Assembly (NCBI RefSeq): GCF_020745735.1
Contig: NC_083409.1
Span: 7,367,534 to 7,431,533, forward strand
DNA: 64,000 nucleotides
Direction of reading: 5' to 3'
Origin: Hemiscyllium ocellatum
Taxonomy: Eukaryota
This document shows positions 1 through 11,376 of the stretch, piece after piece. The notes beneath the pieces were generated by a model, which saw nothing but the letters and a program-made list of their open reading frames with translations, was not told the DNA's origin and ran no database searches. A program made the position numbers and the translations under genes. Positions within the stretch are counted from its first letter, which is position 1, and every line of letters starts with the position of its first letter.

Positions 1-244
1 GCCACACACCCCCACTTTTACCCCCATCTCTGACCCTGCTAAAACATTTAAACCCTGGAACCTGTAGCAGCCATTCCTGTCCCTGTTCTACCCACGTCTC
101 TGTAATGGCCACAACATCGAAGTCCCAGGTACCAACCCACGCTGCAAGTTCACCTACCTTATTTCTTATACTTCTGGCATTGAAGTATACACACTTCAAG
201 CCACCTTCCTGTTTACAGGCACCCCCCTTCCAGATCGATGCCAT
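1..244 (-). CDS. CR1 ORF2 N-terminus (apurinic-like endonuclease), partial
   Basis: Open frame ...GGLKCVYFNARSIRNKVGELAAWVGTWDFDVVAITETWVEQGQEWLLQVPGFKCFSR..., which carries the NARS and ITETW endonuclease motifs. No stop before the window edge. Confidence 0.85.
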   Translation of the reverse strand, partial: MASIWKGGACKQEGGLKCVYFNARSIRNKVGELAAWVGTWDFDVVAITETWVEQGQEWLLQVPGFKCFSRVRDGGKSGGVW

Positions 245-315
245 GTTCCTAACCTCCCTACACTCAAGGTCCTGTACTCTAAAGCTACAGTCCAGGTTCC
301 CATGCCCCTGCAGAG

Positions 316-1240
316 TTAGTTTAAACCCTCCCAAAGAGCACTAGCAAACCTCCCCCCAAGGATACTGGTGCCCCTTAGGTTCAGGTGTAGACCCTCCTGT
401 TTATAGAGGTCTCACCTTCCCCAGAAAGAACCCCAGTTATCCCGAAACCGGAATTCCTCCCTCCTGCACCATCCCTGTAGTCACGTTTTTAACTGTTCTC
501 TCCCCATTCCTCGACTCTCTATCACGTGGCACGGGTAACAATCCAGAGACAACAACTCTGTTCGTTCTAGCTCAGAGCTTCCAACCTAGCTCCCTGAAAG
601 CCTGCCTAACATCCTCACCCCTCTTCCTACCTATGTCTTTGGTGCCAACGTGGACCACGATCTGGGGCTGCTCCGCCTCCCCTTTAAGGACCCGGAAAAC
701 ACGATCAGAGACATCACGTACCCTTGCACCTGGGAGGCAACATACCAATCGTGAGTCTCTGTCGCCCCCGCAAAACCGCCTATCTGTGCCCCTCACTATT
801 GAGTCCCCAATAACTTTTACTCTACCTTTCACCACCCTTCCCTTCTGATCAACGGGGACAGGCTCCGTGCCAGAGTCCTGAACCTCGTTGCTTACTCCTG
901 GTAAGTCATCCCCCCCGCAAGTATCCAAAACGGTATACTTGTTCTTGAGTGGAATGACCGCAGGGGGTCCCTGCACTGGCTGCTTCTTCTCACTCCCCCT
1001 CACTGTCACCCATCTCTCTATAACTTTCGGAGTAACTACTTCCCTAAACCTCTGATCTATGACTGCCTCTGTCTCCCGAATGATCCGCAGTTCATCCAAC
1101 TCCAGCTTCAGTTCCCTAACACGGTCTTGGAGGAGCTGGAGATGGGTGCACTTCTTGCAAGTGTAATCAGCAGGGACGCTAATGGCTTCCCTGACCTCAT
1201 ACATGTTGCAAGAGGAACATTGCACTGCCTTCGCTGCCAT
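316..1240 (-). pseudogene. CR1 ORF1 (zinc finger/leucine zipper + SGNH esterase-like domain), disrupted
   Basis: 222-aa ORF with CSSC...CKKC, a coiled coil (LQDRVRELKLELDEL), GDSIVRG and VVHVGTKD. It continues past TGA 572-574 through a frameshift near 500 and TGA stops at 481-483 and 412-414 to EGLHL...GLN* (316-318). Confidence 0.88.
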
Positions 1241-1919
1241 CCCACTAAAAGATAAACTTTAAAACTAGATCTAAAGAAACAAACAAGCAAAATGCAGCAC
1301 TTCCCTGCTTACCACAACAGGTCTTATTATTAGGTTAGAGAAGGAGGGCGGGTGAGAGGCTCTACCCCTGTAGTGCCTCGGGTTCCTCGCCTGCGTGCTT
1401 TTATAAGAAAAAAAACCTTCCCAGGTAAGCTAGCGCGACACCAACTTCCGGGTCCGCTAGGCGCTTAAAAAAACTTTAAATTTTAGCCGTTTAAAGAAAA
1501 CAAACCTGGACTATACCGCAACTTAAAAAAAAACACCACCAGACAGCCGTTACCTTCTCCGCCGAGAGAGTGAATGTTTTATGCCTGGTGATCACATGAT
1601 TCTGATGGTAGCGTGTATGGGGGTCAATTTAATTTATAACTCGGTTTTCGAAATAGATTTCCAGAAGATTATTCAGGTTTGTAATGTCACACTACCATAG
1701 TCGGAATCCATTAGAATATGTCACAATTCTCTGACAATAACGCTCCTTTTTTGGATGAAACAGGTAATCTTCACTGCTTGACTTCTGTGTCTGGTTGGAT
1801 AATGTTCATAATATTGTATAGAAGACTGAAGGGATTTTGTCTGCTGCTTTATGCTGAGGTCTGGAGGTGTGCATAATATTTGGTGGTGCCAGATATATGG
1901 GACTCCCCTAACTGCAAGT

Positions 1920-2140
1920 TACGCTCCAAGGCACACACCATTCTCACTTGGAAGCATAAACCATTGTTTCAAAGCGGGTGGACCAAAATCCTAGAACTCC
2001 CTCAATTAAAAAAAAACATTGCGGGTTCACATGCAGCAAATGATCTATAGCAGTTCGCGAAAGGAACTCGCTGTCATCTTCTCCAAAGCAATAGGGAATT
2101 AGTAATAATTGAAGCCCTAGTTCGTCACAGCCCAGATCCC
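1920..2140 (+). mobile_element. Decayed 3' end of an older CR1/L2-like LINE
   Basis: gctccaaggcacacaccattctcacttgga...caaaatcctagaactccctc resembles LINE 3'-terminal sequence as I recall it; heavily diverged. Confidence 0.45.
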
Positions 2141-3599
2141 ATCAATTGTTTATTTTCTTGCAAAGTGGGCACCCAGTTCTCGTTTGTGTCTATTTCTTAA
2201 ACTCAGGATTTTCATGTTTAAGGAGGAGCTGGTTTCACTGCAGGATGTCGAGGAACGGTGATGGCATCCTCCCAGAAACAGAACCATCACATCCCCTTTA
2301 CCTATGCGATAACACGGCAATATAACCTGCACCAAAACAGGTGAGGCATAATGAAGACAAAGGTATATGCTTTTAGAGATAAAGTGACGAAAGGGTATGG
2401 AGAAAAGAAATGTGAATGGGGTACTGAATTGAATGATCAGCCATGATCACAGTAAATGTTCGAGCACGTTGAAAGGTTGGAATAGCCTATGCCTGCTTTT
2501 CGCTTCTGTGTATCGATATAAGCAGAGGGTCAATTTAGTGAAAGGCAGATTGGTGAGGGATTCTACAGGCAATTGATCTCCCGAAGCAGTTTCACTTGAA
2601 GCTGGAGGCATCTCAGCCGAGATATATGATTCCAGTGAACTAGCCACTGGGCATATAAATTCCTAGAAAGAACTATGCTGAGATAGAAATGTTTTATTCT
2701 GTTTAATGAGGTGGTGTTTCACTGAAAAGTAAACACAAAGACTTATGTTTCGCAATAAATTGGAGATTATTCCACCATAATTAAAACTGGTATTAAAAAG
2801 TTATCTGAATATACTTTAAAATATTCCAAAACATATTAAACAAAAACACATGTACTCCCACAAACCATTATTTGACAGATGCTCAAACGCAAGGGGAATG
2901 TTGCTACCATGTCTCATCTGTAGTTTTGATTCGGTTACTTTTACGTTCTGGCTTCCCAAGCTGTAAAACCATTTTGTTTTCTTCTATTTTTCTCAAACCC
3001 AGCTTAACAAGCTGCATGCCACAAAAATCACACTGACATTTGCGTTTCATTCTGTTAACTAACAACCATCACCAGTCAAATAAGAGGTCGTGAAGTCAAT
3101 TGAATCATTATAAGCAAAGATCATTGTGGACAACTGAAAGTGTGGGAATGGACTAAATCAAAATAAAGTTGGAGGGAGGAATAAGACACCCTACAATGAC
3201 CACCCGTCTCTCAAGGCATTGAGAACACTGATGAATACCACGTGCTCCTATTCCAAGATCACCTGGCTTTGAAATATTTTCTTTCAAACAATCTCAATCA
3301 AATCAAATTATCCTTGCTCATTCTCATGTTGTTGTCGTGGAGTTAGATTGTGGACATGGACATCTGGATGTTCAGAAAGATTTGATTTAGATTCAGTCAA
3401 GTCCCGGCTCATTTATGTGATGAAAAAAAAACACGAGATCAACACTTCAAACATGTAATCATAAACAAGTCTCAGTCCTGAATCTGAGACACAATAATTG
3501 CAAAATCAGAGTCCTGTAGTGACATGCATACTCTTCCACACACGGAGTAGATGATTCATCATTTGCACGTTTGCATTTGTTGGCGTCTCAGATATTTGG

Positions 3600-4188
3600 A
3601 AGACTCAGCGAATCCATTTTGATGCAAAACGCTATACAGCTTCTCCCCAGAGTGAACCCGCTGGTCACTCAGCAGGCAAGCTGAATTTTTGGAGAACATG
3701 ACTGGACGTTCCCCTATGTGAGCTCACTGGTTTCTAAGCAGCTCCTGGATGTGAGTGACTATCCCACACTTGGAGCAATTGAATGGCCTTCACTCAGAAT
3801 GCTCTCGCTGGTGTTTCAGCAGGTCAGAGGATGAAGTGAATCTCTTGCAACACTCGGAATGTTGAATGGCCTCTCCTCAGTGTGCATGAGCTAGTGTCTG
3901 AAAAGGCGGGAAATTTAAATGAAGAGTTTCTCGTACATAGAGCACATAATGGTTTTAAATCGAGTCAATCCTTTCTCACTTGCGGGGCAAGTGAACGGTT
4001 TCTCCCCATTTTGAATCTTTCTTTGATTTTTCAGCTGGGAATGTTAACTGAGTTCCATCTCACAGTCCCCACATATACACAACTTTGCCCTCATCCGGTT
4101 GCACATGTCTCCTCTTAGTTCATCCTTAACCACACATTGAACGCAGGAAAGGTTCATTCGGTTTGGAGATTCTGTTTTCCCCTTCCAT
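3600..4188 (-). pseudogene. C2H2 (Kruppel-type) zinc-finger gene remnant, about 5-6 decayed fingers
   Basis: The minus strand gives MEGEN... then repeated linkers GEKPFTC, HTEERPF, HSE*RPFNCSKCG, HIGERP and HSGEKLY, plus the finger SECCKRFTSSSDLLKHQREH, with several stops and frameshifts. Confidence 0.85.
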
Positions 4189-4349
4189 TTTACTGTAAAT
4201 GATTAGGATTGCTGAATTGGGTAAGTCTCAGACTGACGTGATATCAAGATTGGCTTTGACATCTGAGAACCCTTAATCACTGTCATTATTGTCAGAAATT
4301 TGCAAAAGGAATAGAAAACAGCTTCTGGGATTTGATTGTAAGTTGTTTT

Positions 4350-4490
4350 TCAGAATCTCATTCCTGATGAAGGGCTTGTGCTCGAAACGTCGAATTTCCT
4401 GTTCCTTCGATGCTTCCTGACTTGCTGCGCTTTAACCAGCAACACATTTTCAGCTCTGATCTCCAGCATCTGCAGACCTCACTCTTTACA
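4350..4490 (+). mobile_element. Solitary Penelope-like terminal repeat fragment (family A)
   Basis: Matches the 3' end of the PLE at 31150-31250 (attcctgat.aagggc...gaaac.tcgaatttcctgttcct...gctttaaccagcaacacattttcagct). Confidence 0.8.
4360..4395 (+). ncRNA. Minimal type I hammerhead ribozyme motif, core intact
   Basis: attc-CTGATGA-a-gggc(ttgt)gctc-GAAAC-GTC-gaat: helix I attc/gaat, helix II, palindromic ACGT helix III, GUC cleavage triplet. Confidence 0.75.
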
Positions 4491-5468
4491 TTCAGAATCT
4501 CATTGCCCTGCTGTCTACGTTACCATCAATTTGTCTCTCAATGTCATTGCCGCTTTAAAGGAGCATAGCAGAGAGGGAAGATATTACTTCTGCACAGGGT
4601 CTAAAGGTTCAAATGAGCAGCTTAAATCTCAACCTGTGCTCGGCTGTCGCCAAGAAAATGATGTGAAGTAGGCATGCTGGAAAGAAGGTACATAAGAGGC
4701 TGAATCGGTGAGGGAAGTGAATTTGCCAAACATTCTGTGAACAAAGACACAATGCAGGAGAGTGTCTGACTGAGACTCACTTCTTTCCAAACCTCTTAGC
4801 TTCTGGCTTTCTGTTCTTCTGACTACTAACTCTTGTTAATTCCATTACTCAAAACTCGTGCTTTCCCTTCAGTTCTCCAAAACTCAAGCTTGACTACTGC
4901 AAAACACTCAGTATTGTGCCATTTTCTCATAAGACCTGTGAAAATAAATTAATAATATTTTTAACAACTTTCTGCATGTTACCAACTAAACTGACATTCT
5001 CTCCTTTTTTAAAAAATTCTTAACCAATTGGGAATTTGTGAATGGCTTTTCTGACAACTCTGATGTTTTGATCACATCTCTGGCACCAATCAATTTTAAT
5101 GCACTTCTAACATCTTTCGAAAGATTGTGCCTAAAAAAGGTATTTCTCAAGAGTGGGAGTTCTGACATTCACCAGGCAATAAGTTGGGACTTTTTTTCAA
5201 ACTCCACACTGCGTCTGGTAATTAAATGCGCAAACAACTGAAGATATTTTAAATTTACACAGTCTGTTTGGATAATTTCAATGTGTTAACGAGATTGTAA
5301 GATACACCAGTGAAATACATTATAACAAAGTATGGAAGGTGAGGAGAGATTGAGAAGAATGGAGCTGTGTTCTATAGAGCTTTTAAGAACAAATCGTACA
5401 AACTTTGAATCGTAAAAAAAACCGAAAAGGGCTCAATTGGGTAGCTACAAAAATGTTTTGCCTCTTAG

Positions 5469-5950
5469 ATGATGTGTCTAAAGTTTGGGAGAAGATTTCT
5501 AGCTCGAGTGCTCGTTGTTGTGGTTCTGTTCGCCGTGCTGGCAATTTTGCGTCGCAGGCGTTTCGTCCCTTGTCTAGGTGACATCCTCAGTGCTTGGGAG
5601 CCTCCTGTGAGGCACTTCTGTGATGTTTCCTCCAACATTTGCAGTGATTTCTATCTGCCGCTTCCGGTTGTCAGTTCCAGCTGTCCGCTGCAGTGGCCGA
5701 TATATTGGGTCCAGGTCGATGTGCTTATTGATTGAATCTGTGTATGAATGCCACGCCTCTAGGAATTTCCTGGCTGTTCACTGCTATAATAATAGTGTTG
5801 TCCCAGTCGAACTTATGTTGCTTGTCATCTGAGTCTGTGGCTACTTCATGTCGTTCGTGACTGTCAATAATAAGCAGTTTTGGTGGTATCTTTCCCAGCC
5901 TCCCCTTCAGCTCCATACATAACTGAGATTTCTGTGCTGTTCTAATTCCA
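5469..5950 (-). mobile_element. Penelope-like element 3' fragment (family B; end of GIY-YIG region + terminal repeat)
   Basis: The minus strand encodes HERHEVATDSDDKQHKFDWDNTIII and, in another frame, EFLEAWHS. A hammerhead-like motif lies at 5554-5593 (ctgagga...gtcacc/gggac-gaaac-gcc; triplet mutated). Confidence 0.7.
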
Positions 5951-6837
5951 GTCACATTAACATTTACAGTTTTAACTGTTGTAAAGCTTTGACATTCAAA
6001 TTATAAGATTGGGATTACATCCCGAAACGTCTATACTTCTGCTTCTCACTTTGCTTCACTGAGACATGCCTTCAATATGAACTCTTCACCAAGGTGTTAT
6101 TTACTTGCTCCCTTTTTTTCCTAATATGTATTAAAATTAACGGTTCACAGAATTGGAATGGAAGGTATCTGGTGCAACAGCATTCCACTGCAGCATCTCA
6201 CTGAATGTCATTCTCCTAACGTTTTTCCTGTAGCACTGTGCATGCTTACTTTTCAAATAATTGTTAGTTTATTTTTCGAAAAATATCCATTGTTCATGGC
6301 TCCACCACACTCTTTGGCTGAAACGTTTTGCCTCTTAATACATTTGTTTTGTTTGTGATTTCCTTTACATCAGCGTTTTCTTATTCTTCATTCCTTCATG
6401 CATGGGAACATTTTATACTTAAATCCCGACTTCATATCTCTCGTGTTGGTAAATTAATACAGTATCAACGTTCGACGTTCGCTTGCAGCCTACTGCATAG
6501 ATAGGGTCGCCCCTTCTCCTTAACTGCCATCCAACTAGAATACACATGAAGAGGATATTTAGCTACGATTTTCACCATCTACATCGAGATGTTACCACGA
6601 GACACATATTAACGATAACCTCAATTTTTTAGCTTTCCTCAGGGTCAATCCATCCCGGATCCACACTCTGGTCTCGTGTTCATTCACACGAAACACCTCA
6701 GCAGAGCCTCACGAAACGTTTCCCTGAAACGTCATAGGTGGCATCAACTGTTGGTTTACGTCAGGCAACCACAGTATCGAATGGCCCAACTCACCTCACC
6801 GATGAGTTAGCACTTTCCCTGGACATCATACAATCTG

Positions 6838-7278
6838 GGTAAAAGCAATGATTGCAGATGCTGGAAACCAGATTCTGGATTCGTGGTGCTGGAAGAGTAC
6901 TGCAGTTCAGGGAGCATCTGAGGAGTAGTAAAATCGACGTTTCGGGCAAAAGCCCTTAATCAGGAATACAGGCAGAGTGCCTGAAGGGTGCAGAGATAAA
7001 TGAAAGGAGGGTGGGGTGGGGAGGGAGTAGCATAGAGTACAATAGGTGAGTGGGGGTTATGAAGGCGATAGGTTAGGGTGGAGGGTGGAGTGGATAGGTG
7101 GAATAGAAGATAGGCAGGTAGGACAAGTTATGGGGACAGTGCTGAACAGCTAGTTTGGAACTGGGGTGAGGTGGGGGAAGGGGGAATGAGGAAGCTGTTG
7201 ATGCCCTGGGGTCGAAGTGTTCCGAGGTGCGATATGAGGTTTTCTTCCTCCAGCCGTCGTGTGGTGAGGGAGACACTA
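6838..7278 (-). mobile_element. Penelope-like 3' fragment (family A)
   Basis: Resembles the reverse complement of 30900-31250. The hammerhead motif at 6932-6967 has a core mutation (CTGATTA). Confidence 0.75.
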
Positions 7279-7919
7279 CCGCATTTGCTGCTCAAAGTAT
7301 TTTCTCCTCTACATTTGGAAAACGAGCGAGAGACTGGGTGATCACTTTCCAGAACAACTGCTTTATATTCCCAGGAAAGAAATCTTGTGCTTAGAGATGT
7401 TTGTCACTTCAACACATCACCCTGTTTGGTGGAAAAATATCCACATGTAAACACCTGGGAAGTAAACCAAAATGCGGCTTTGCTAACACTGAACAAGTAA
7501 TGATGACGTAATTTCATTTGAACACGGCAGTCTCTTGACCCAACATTGCCACAAATGTAATATTTCCCTTTCCTCAAATGGGGACCTTTGTGCATGGGAA
7601 GTGTAACATGGAGTTATGAGCATGCTTAGCAGTGTGTTGAAATGTCAGGAACCGTGGTTCTTGTTTACAGTTGGGAAGAGACAGTGGGGCGAGAAGGGCG
7701 GAATGGAATTACTGTGTGACCAGAAAGGGTTCACTTACACATTGTGTCAACTGCAACTGTGGAATAAATACTTGTTGCACTAAGAATTGTGGCCGAATTT
7801 CAACGGCCGTCAGTACAGAGTGGCATACAGGCAGAGTATTGTGACAAACGTCAGAGTTTGTGTTTGCTTGTTTTTGACTAGGAGAGTTTTAGTGGCTCCT
7901 ATATTTGATTCTCAGTCTA

Positions 7920-8700
7920 AAATTAAGAGCGGGAGAACTGGAAACAAGTCAAGGAAAGGGAAGAGAAACTGGGACTAGAAACAAAATGGGTGAAATGCGA
8001 CTGCTGGGAGGAAGGATTCATTGATTTTGGGCAACAGAAGCAGCAAGAAAAGAAGCATGTGTTGTGATTTCCGTCTTTGACTTCTAGTAATGATTTCAAT
8101 AAACAAATTTGACAGGGTATAAGAGGAGTATTCATGAAAATGAATAGTTCAAGAATTTCTCTTGAATATCATTGCACTTCCAGCCAAAGCAGAGAAATAT
8201 TTTCCTTTCGAAAAGAAATGATAAGCGCATTCAGAAAAATATTTGCAAAGATGTTGCCAGGACTGGAGGATTTGAGTTACAGGGAGAGGCGGAAAATGCT
8301 TGAGTTTTTAATTTCCCTTGAGTGTTGGAAACAGAGGTGTTACGTGAAATAAGTGCATAAAATCATGAGGAGAATGTATAAAATGTAAGTGGAGATCTTT
8401 TGTTCTCTGGTAGTGGTATGCACAACCAGAATGAATAAATTCAAGGTGAGAGTGGAAAGATTTTAAAAAGTACCAAAAGGATAATCTTTTCACATATAAG
8501 ATGGTGCATGTATGCAACGAGCTGCCAGAGGAACGGGTGGAGGCGAATACAATTAAAACACTTGGAAGGCACTTAAATTGGTACCTGAAACGGAATGTTT
8601 AAGAGGGATATGGGACAATTGCTAGCAAATGCGACTTGCTCATTTTGGAATGTCCTGTCAGCACGAATGAGTAGGAACAAAACGTCTGTCCCCGTGCAGT
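7920..8700 (+). mobile_element. CR1 LINE 3' fragment
   Basis: FAKMLPGLEDLSYRER, a motif of the CR1 RT C-terminus, followed by a decayed CR1 3' UTR. Confidence 0.7.
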
Positions 8701-8949
8701 GTTACTCAACGATTATTTGAAGCATCACTACAACTGGAGCACAAATGAACATATTTTCAACTGGATAAACGTGAGCAACGCATCAGCAGTAAAGAAGCTC
8801 TACGTAGTAATGCAGTTTGAAAAAAAAAAATTCGACCTCATGTTGACCATGAGTTTCATGCATGCAGGTCCCTTCTTATATGTTCGATATCTTCGCTTGA
8901 AGTAAATTGCCTTTTTTGCATAGAGGATATTTGTTTCCAACATTGACAT

Positions 8950-10060
8950 GCCTGATGCCATTTCCTTCTTTCCCACCGGCATGTCTGGGCAGATTAGATT
9001 TAGTCTGTGTGCAGATTCTTCTTCCCTTTAATATGCTGAGGGATTTGTCCCTCTATTTGCATAAAGCGTGGGCTTATAGTTAAACATTAATCAATAACTT
9101 TTGGTATCGAGTGAGATTATAGCTGCTTATTTAAGCTTGCCTTAAAAGTTTTGTCAAATTTTTGCACTACACCATTTACCGAGAAATAGTCTTGTGCTAA
9201 GCTTAAATGCTGAATACCATTCACTATCAGGAAATAATCGAGTCCCGTGCTGGCAAATAATAGACCGTATAATCAAAATCTCTGGGAGCCCACGCATTCC
9301 AAAACATTCTCGCAGCTTTTCAACACCGTTGTCTCGATGTTTGACTAATGAACTCCATGCACATACAAACATTTCACATGCTCGTCCACATTGACTAAAA
9401 TCATAGATCCGCTGGAGCGACTGGTTTAGTAGATGTTTAACCAAGTCCAGCATTTTTCGTCCGTTCCTACGAATATGGGTGACCTGCTGTGGTGGCTTTT
9501 GTCTGAGTCGGCACTCAGCACTCTGCCCATTAATGTGGCAGTGTCGGCATCCAGTCCTCGCCAGCACACATGGCGTCCAGAAAATATCTTCATTTTTGAA
9601 ATCTCTGAATGATGCATGTGGAGTTCAACCAGTTTCTGGAGGCGACCTTTACTCTGGATAATTGCTCTTCCTCCCTGAAATAATATGCCACCGTTTATGC
9701 GGATCTCGTATCGCTGAGTTCAGACATGCTTCAATTCTGTTTGAGTTCACCCTTTTGTGTCGCAAATTACAATCAATTACTTTCGTTTTCTCTTCAGTGT
9801 GGGATTTCTTTCCCTGCACACAGTCTGCAATTATCAGCAGTGAAATGAAAGGTGTTCAGTGAGTTTAATCGTGAATGAAGTCTTCTCGAGGCTGCACCAT
9901 CGATTTCGTTGTCTACTAACAACATGTAAAAGCAGCTGGATGTCCGTCCCGAATGAGGAGTTGTACAGAAAATACTGGTGTATTGATCTGCAAGCTTCAA
10001 CAAGCATCCCGCCCAGCACAGGAAGTGGTTCAGACCACATCAGTGCATTAGAACTTACAC
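8950..10060 (-). mobile_element. Gypsy/Ty3 LTR retrotransposon pol remnant (RNase H linker-integrase)
   Basis: Frameshifted minus-strand pieces in integrase order: LNSLNTFHFTADNCRL; HHSEISKMK...VCWRGLDAD (HHCC zinc-binding region); VEKLRECFGMRGLPEIL; NGIQH...NGVVQKFDKTFKASL. Confidence 0.75.
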
Positions 10061-10392
10061 ATAGATCATATATCTGTGTCGCACTGTGAGGTGATCACAC
10101 TGCACCAGTTGATTGATCTATTAACTCAACCTAAGTCATGTACTGCACTTTAATACGTTCAGACTGTATTTGTGCATTGATTTATTAATCCACAAAACCT
10201 GGGGTGTCCTGCAGACGCACTGATGTATTTACCTATAATTATGGACAACATATCTGTCCAAAATGGGAAACGGTACACACCAGTCTAGTAAGTCTTTCTA
10301 TAAACTAGGACTAGATACTTGCACAGCCTTCAGAGCTGTACAGACCATAGTAACATATTGATTTATGATCACTAATGAGATGTCTATGCAGT

Positions 10393-10690
10393 GGGTGGCA
10401 CGGTGGCACAGTGGTTAGCACTGCTGCCTCACAGCACCAGAGACCCGGGTTCAATTCCCGCCTCAGACGACTGACTGTGTGGAGTTTGCACGTGGGTCCC
10501 CTGCGGGTGCTCCGGTTTCCTCCCACATTCCAAAGATGTGCGATTCAGGTGAATTGGCCATGCGAAATTGCCCGTAGTGTTAGGTGAGGGGTATATGTGG
10601 GGGTATTGGTGGGTTGTGCTTCGGCGGATCGGTGTGGACTTGTTGGGCCGAGGGGCCTGTTTCCACACTGTAAGTAATCTAATCTAATCT
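10393..10690 (+). mobile_element. HE1-type tRNA-derived SINE
   Basis: Pol III A-box TGGCACAGTGG (10404-10414), B-box GGTTCAATTCC (10448-10458), LINE-like 3' tail and (TAATC)n end. Small internal deletion relative to the copy at 28831-29133. Confidence 0.9.
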
Positions 10691-11376
10691 ATTCAGTACA
10701 CTAGTGGATTAATCTATATATTCGCACAAGCTCTCTATCGCAAATATTCGCAAATTACACGAGGTCAGCGAATTAAGTCTGAATCAGCTTTCCAAGCAGC
10801 ATCGGGTGCTGAACAGACAAAAACAGTGCAATGGTCTGTTAAAGAGTTTGAGATGCTGATTTTGGACAGGTTTAGACTATGTTAGAAATCAGGCCACAGC
10901 AGGTGATAATTCAACAGGCTAATTTGAAACCTCAATCTTTCGGAGCATTGCCACTTCATCACTTGGCTTCTGACCGAGCTCTATTAACCCAGAACACAAA
11001 TCTGCTAAGCAATGACACCATTATATTGATCCGTAAGCCTGACTCAGTTACCACTCCGCACTGCAGTGCAATGTTCTCCAAAGCCAGACTAGATATCTGC
11101 TAATCACGGAGAGTTGCACGGAGCACGTCAGTGTATTGATTTATCTGCCTCGAAGAACTATTTGTCCACCATGGTGACCTCCATAGATAAGAGCAGTGCA
11201 AAAATATATAAACCTGGTCGAGGAAAATGTTCAGCATTAGTAGCTATTGTTATACAGTTGAAGGCGTTTATTGGGCATTTAAGAGAGACTGAATTCTTTT
11301 CTAAACAGAGAGCTTCCAAGTACCTGTGTATACGACGAGATGGAAGTCACTGAGCGTATTGAAAAGTTTGAAATAC

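Larger units (their letters stand above)
1..1560 (-). mobile_element. CR1-clade LINE, 5' part (5' UTR, ORF1, start of ORF2); runs off the window edge
   Basis: ORF1 (1240->~316) and an APE endonuclease N-terminus (244->1) in CR1 order. The 5' UTR contains an ETS-like CCGGAAGT (1444-1451) and a TATA-like TATAAAA (~1399-1405). Confidence 0.9.

Noticed and set aside
10393-10470. tRNA-like A/B boxes as a tRNA gene
   Set aside because: This is the head of an HE1 SINE, continuous with the SINE body and tail.
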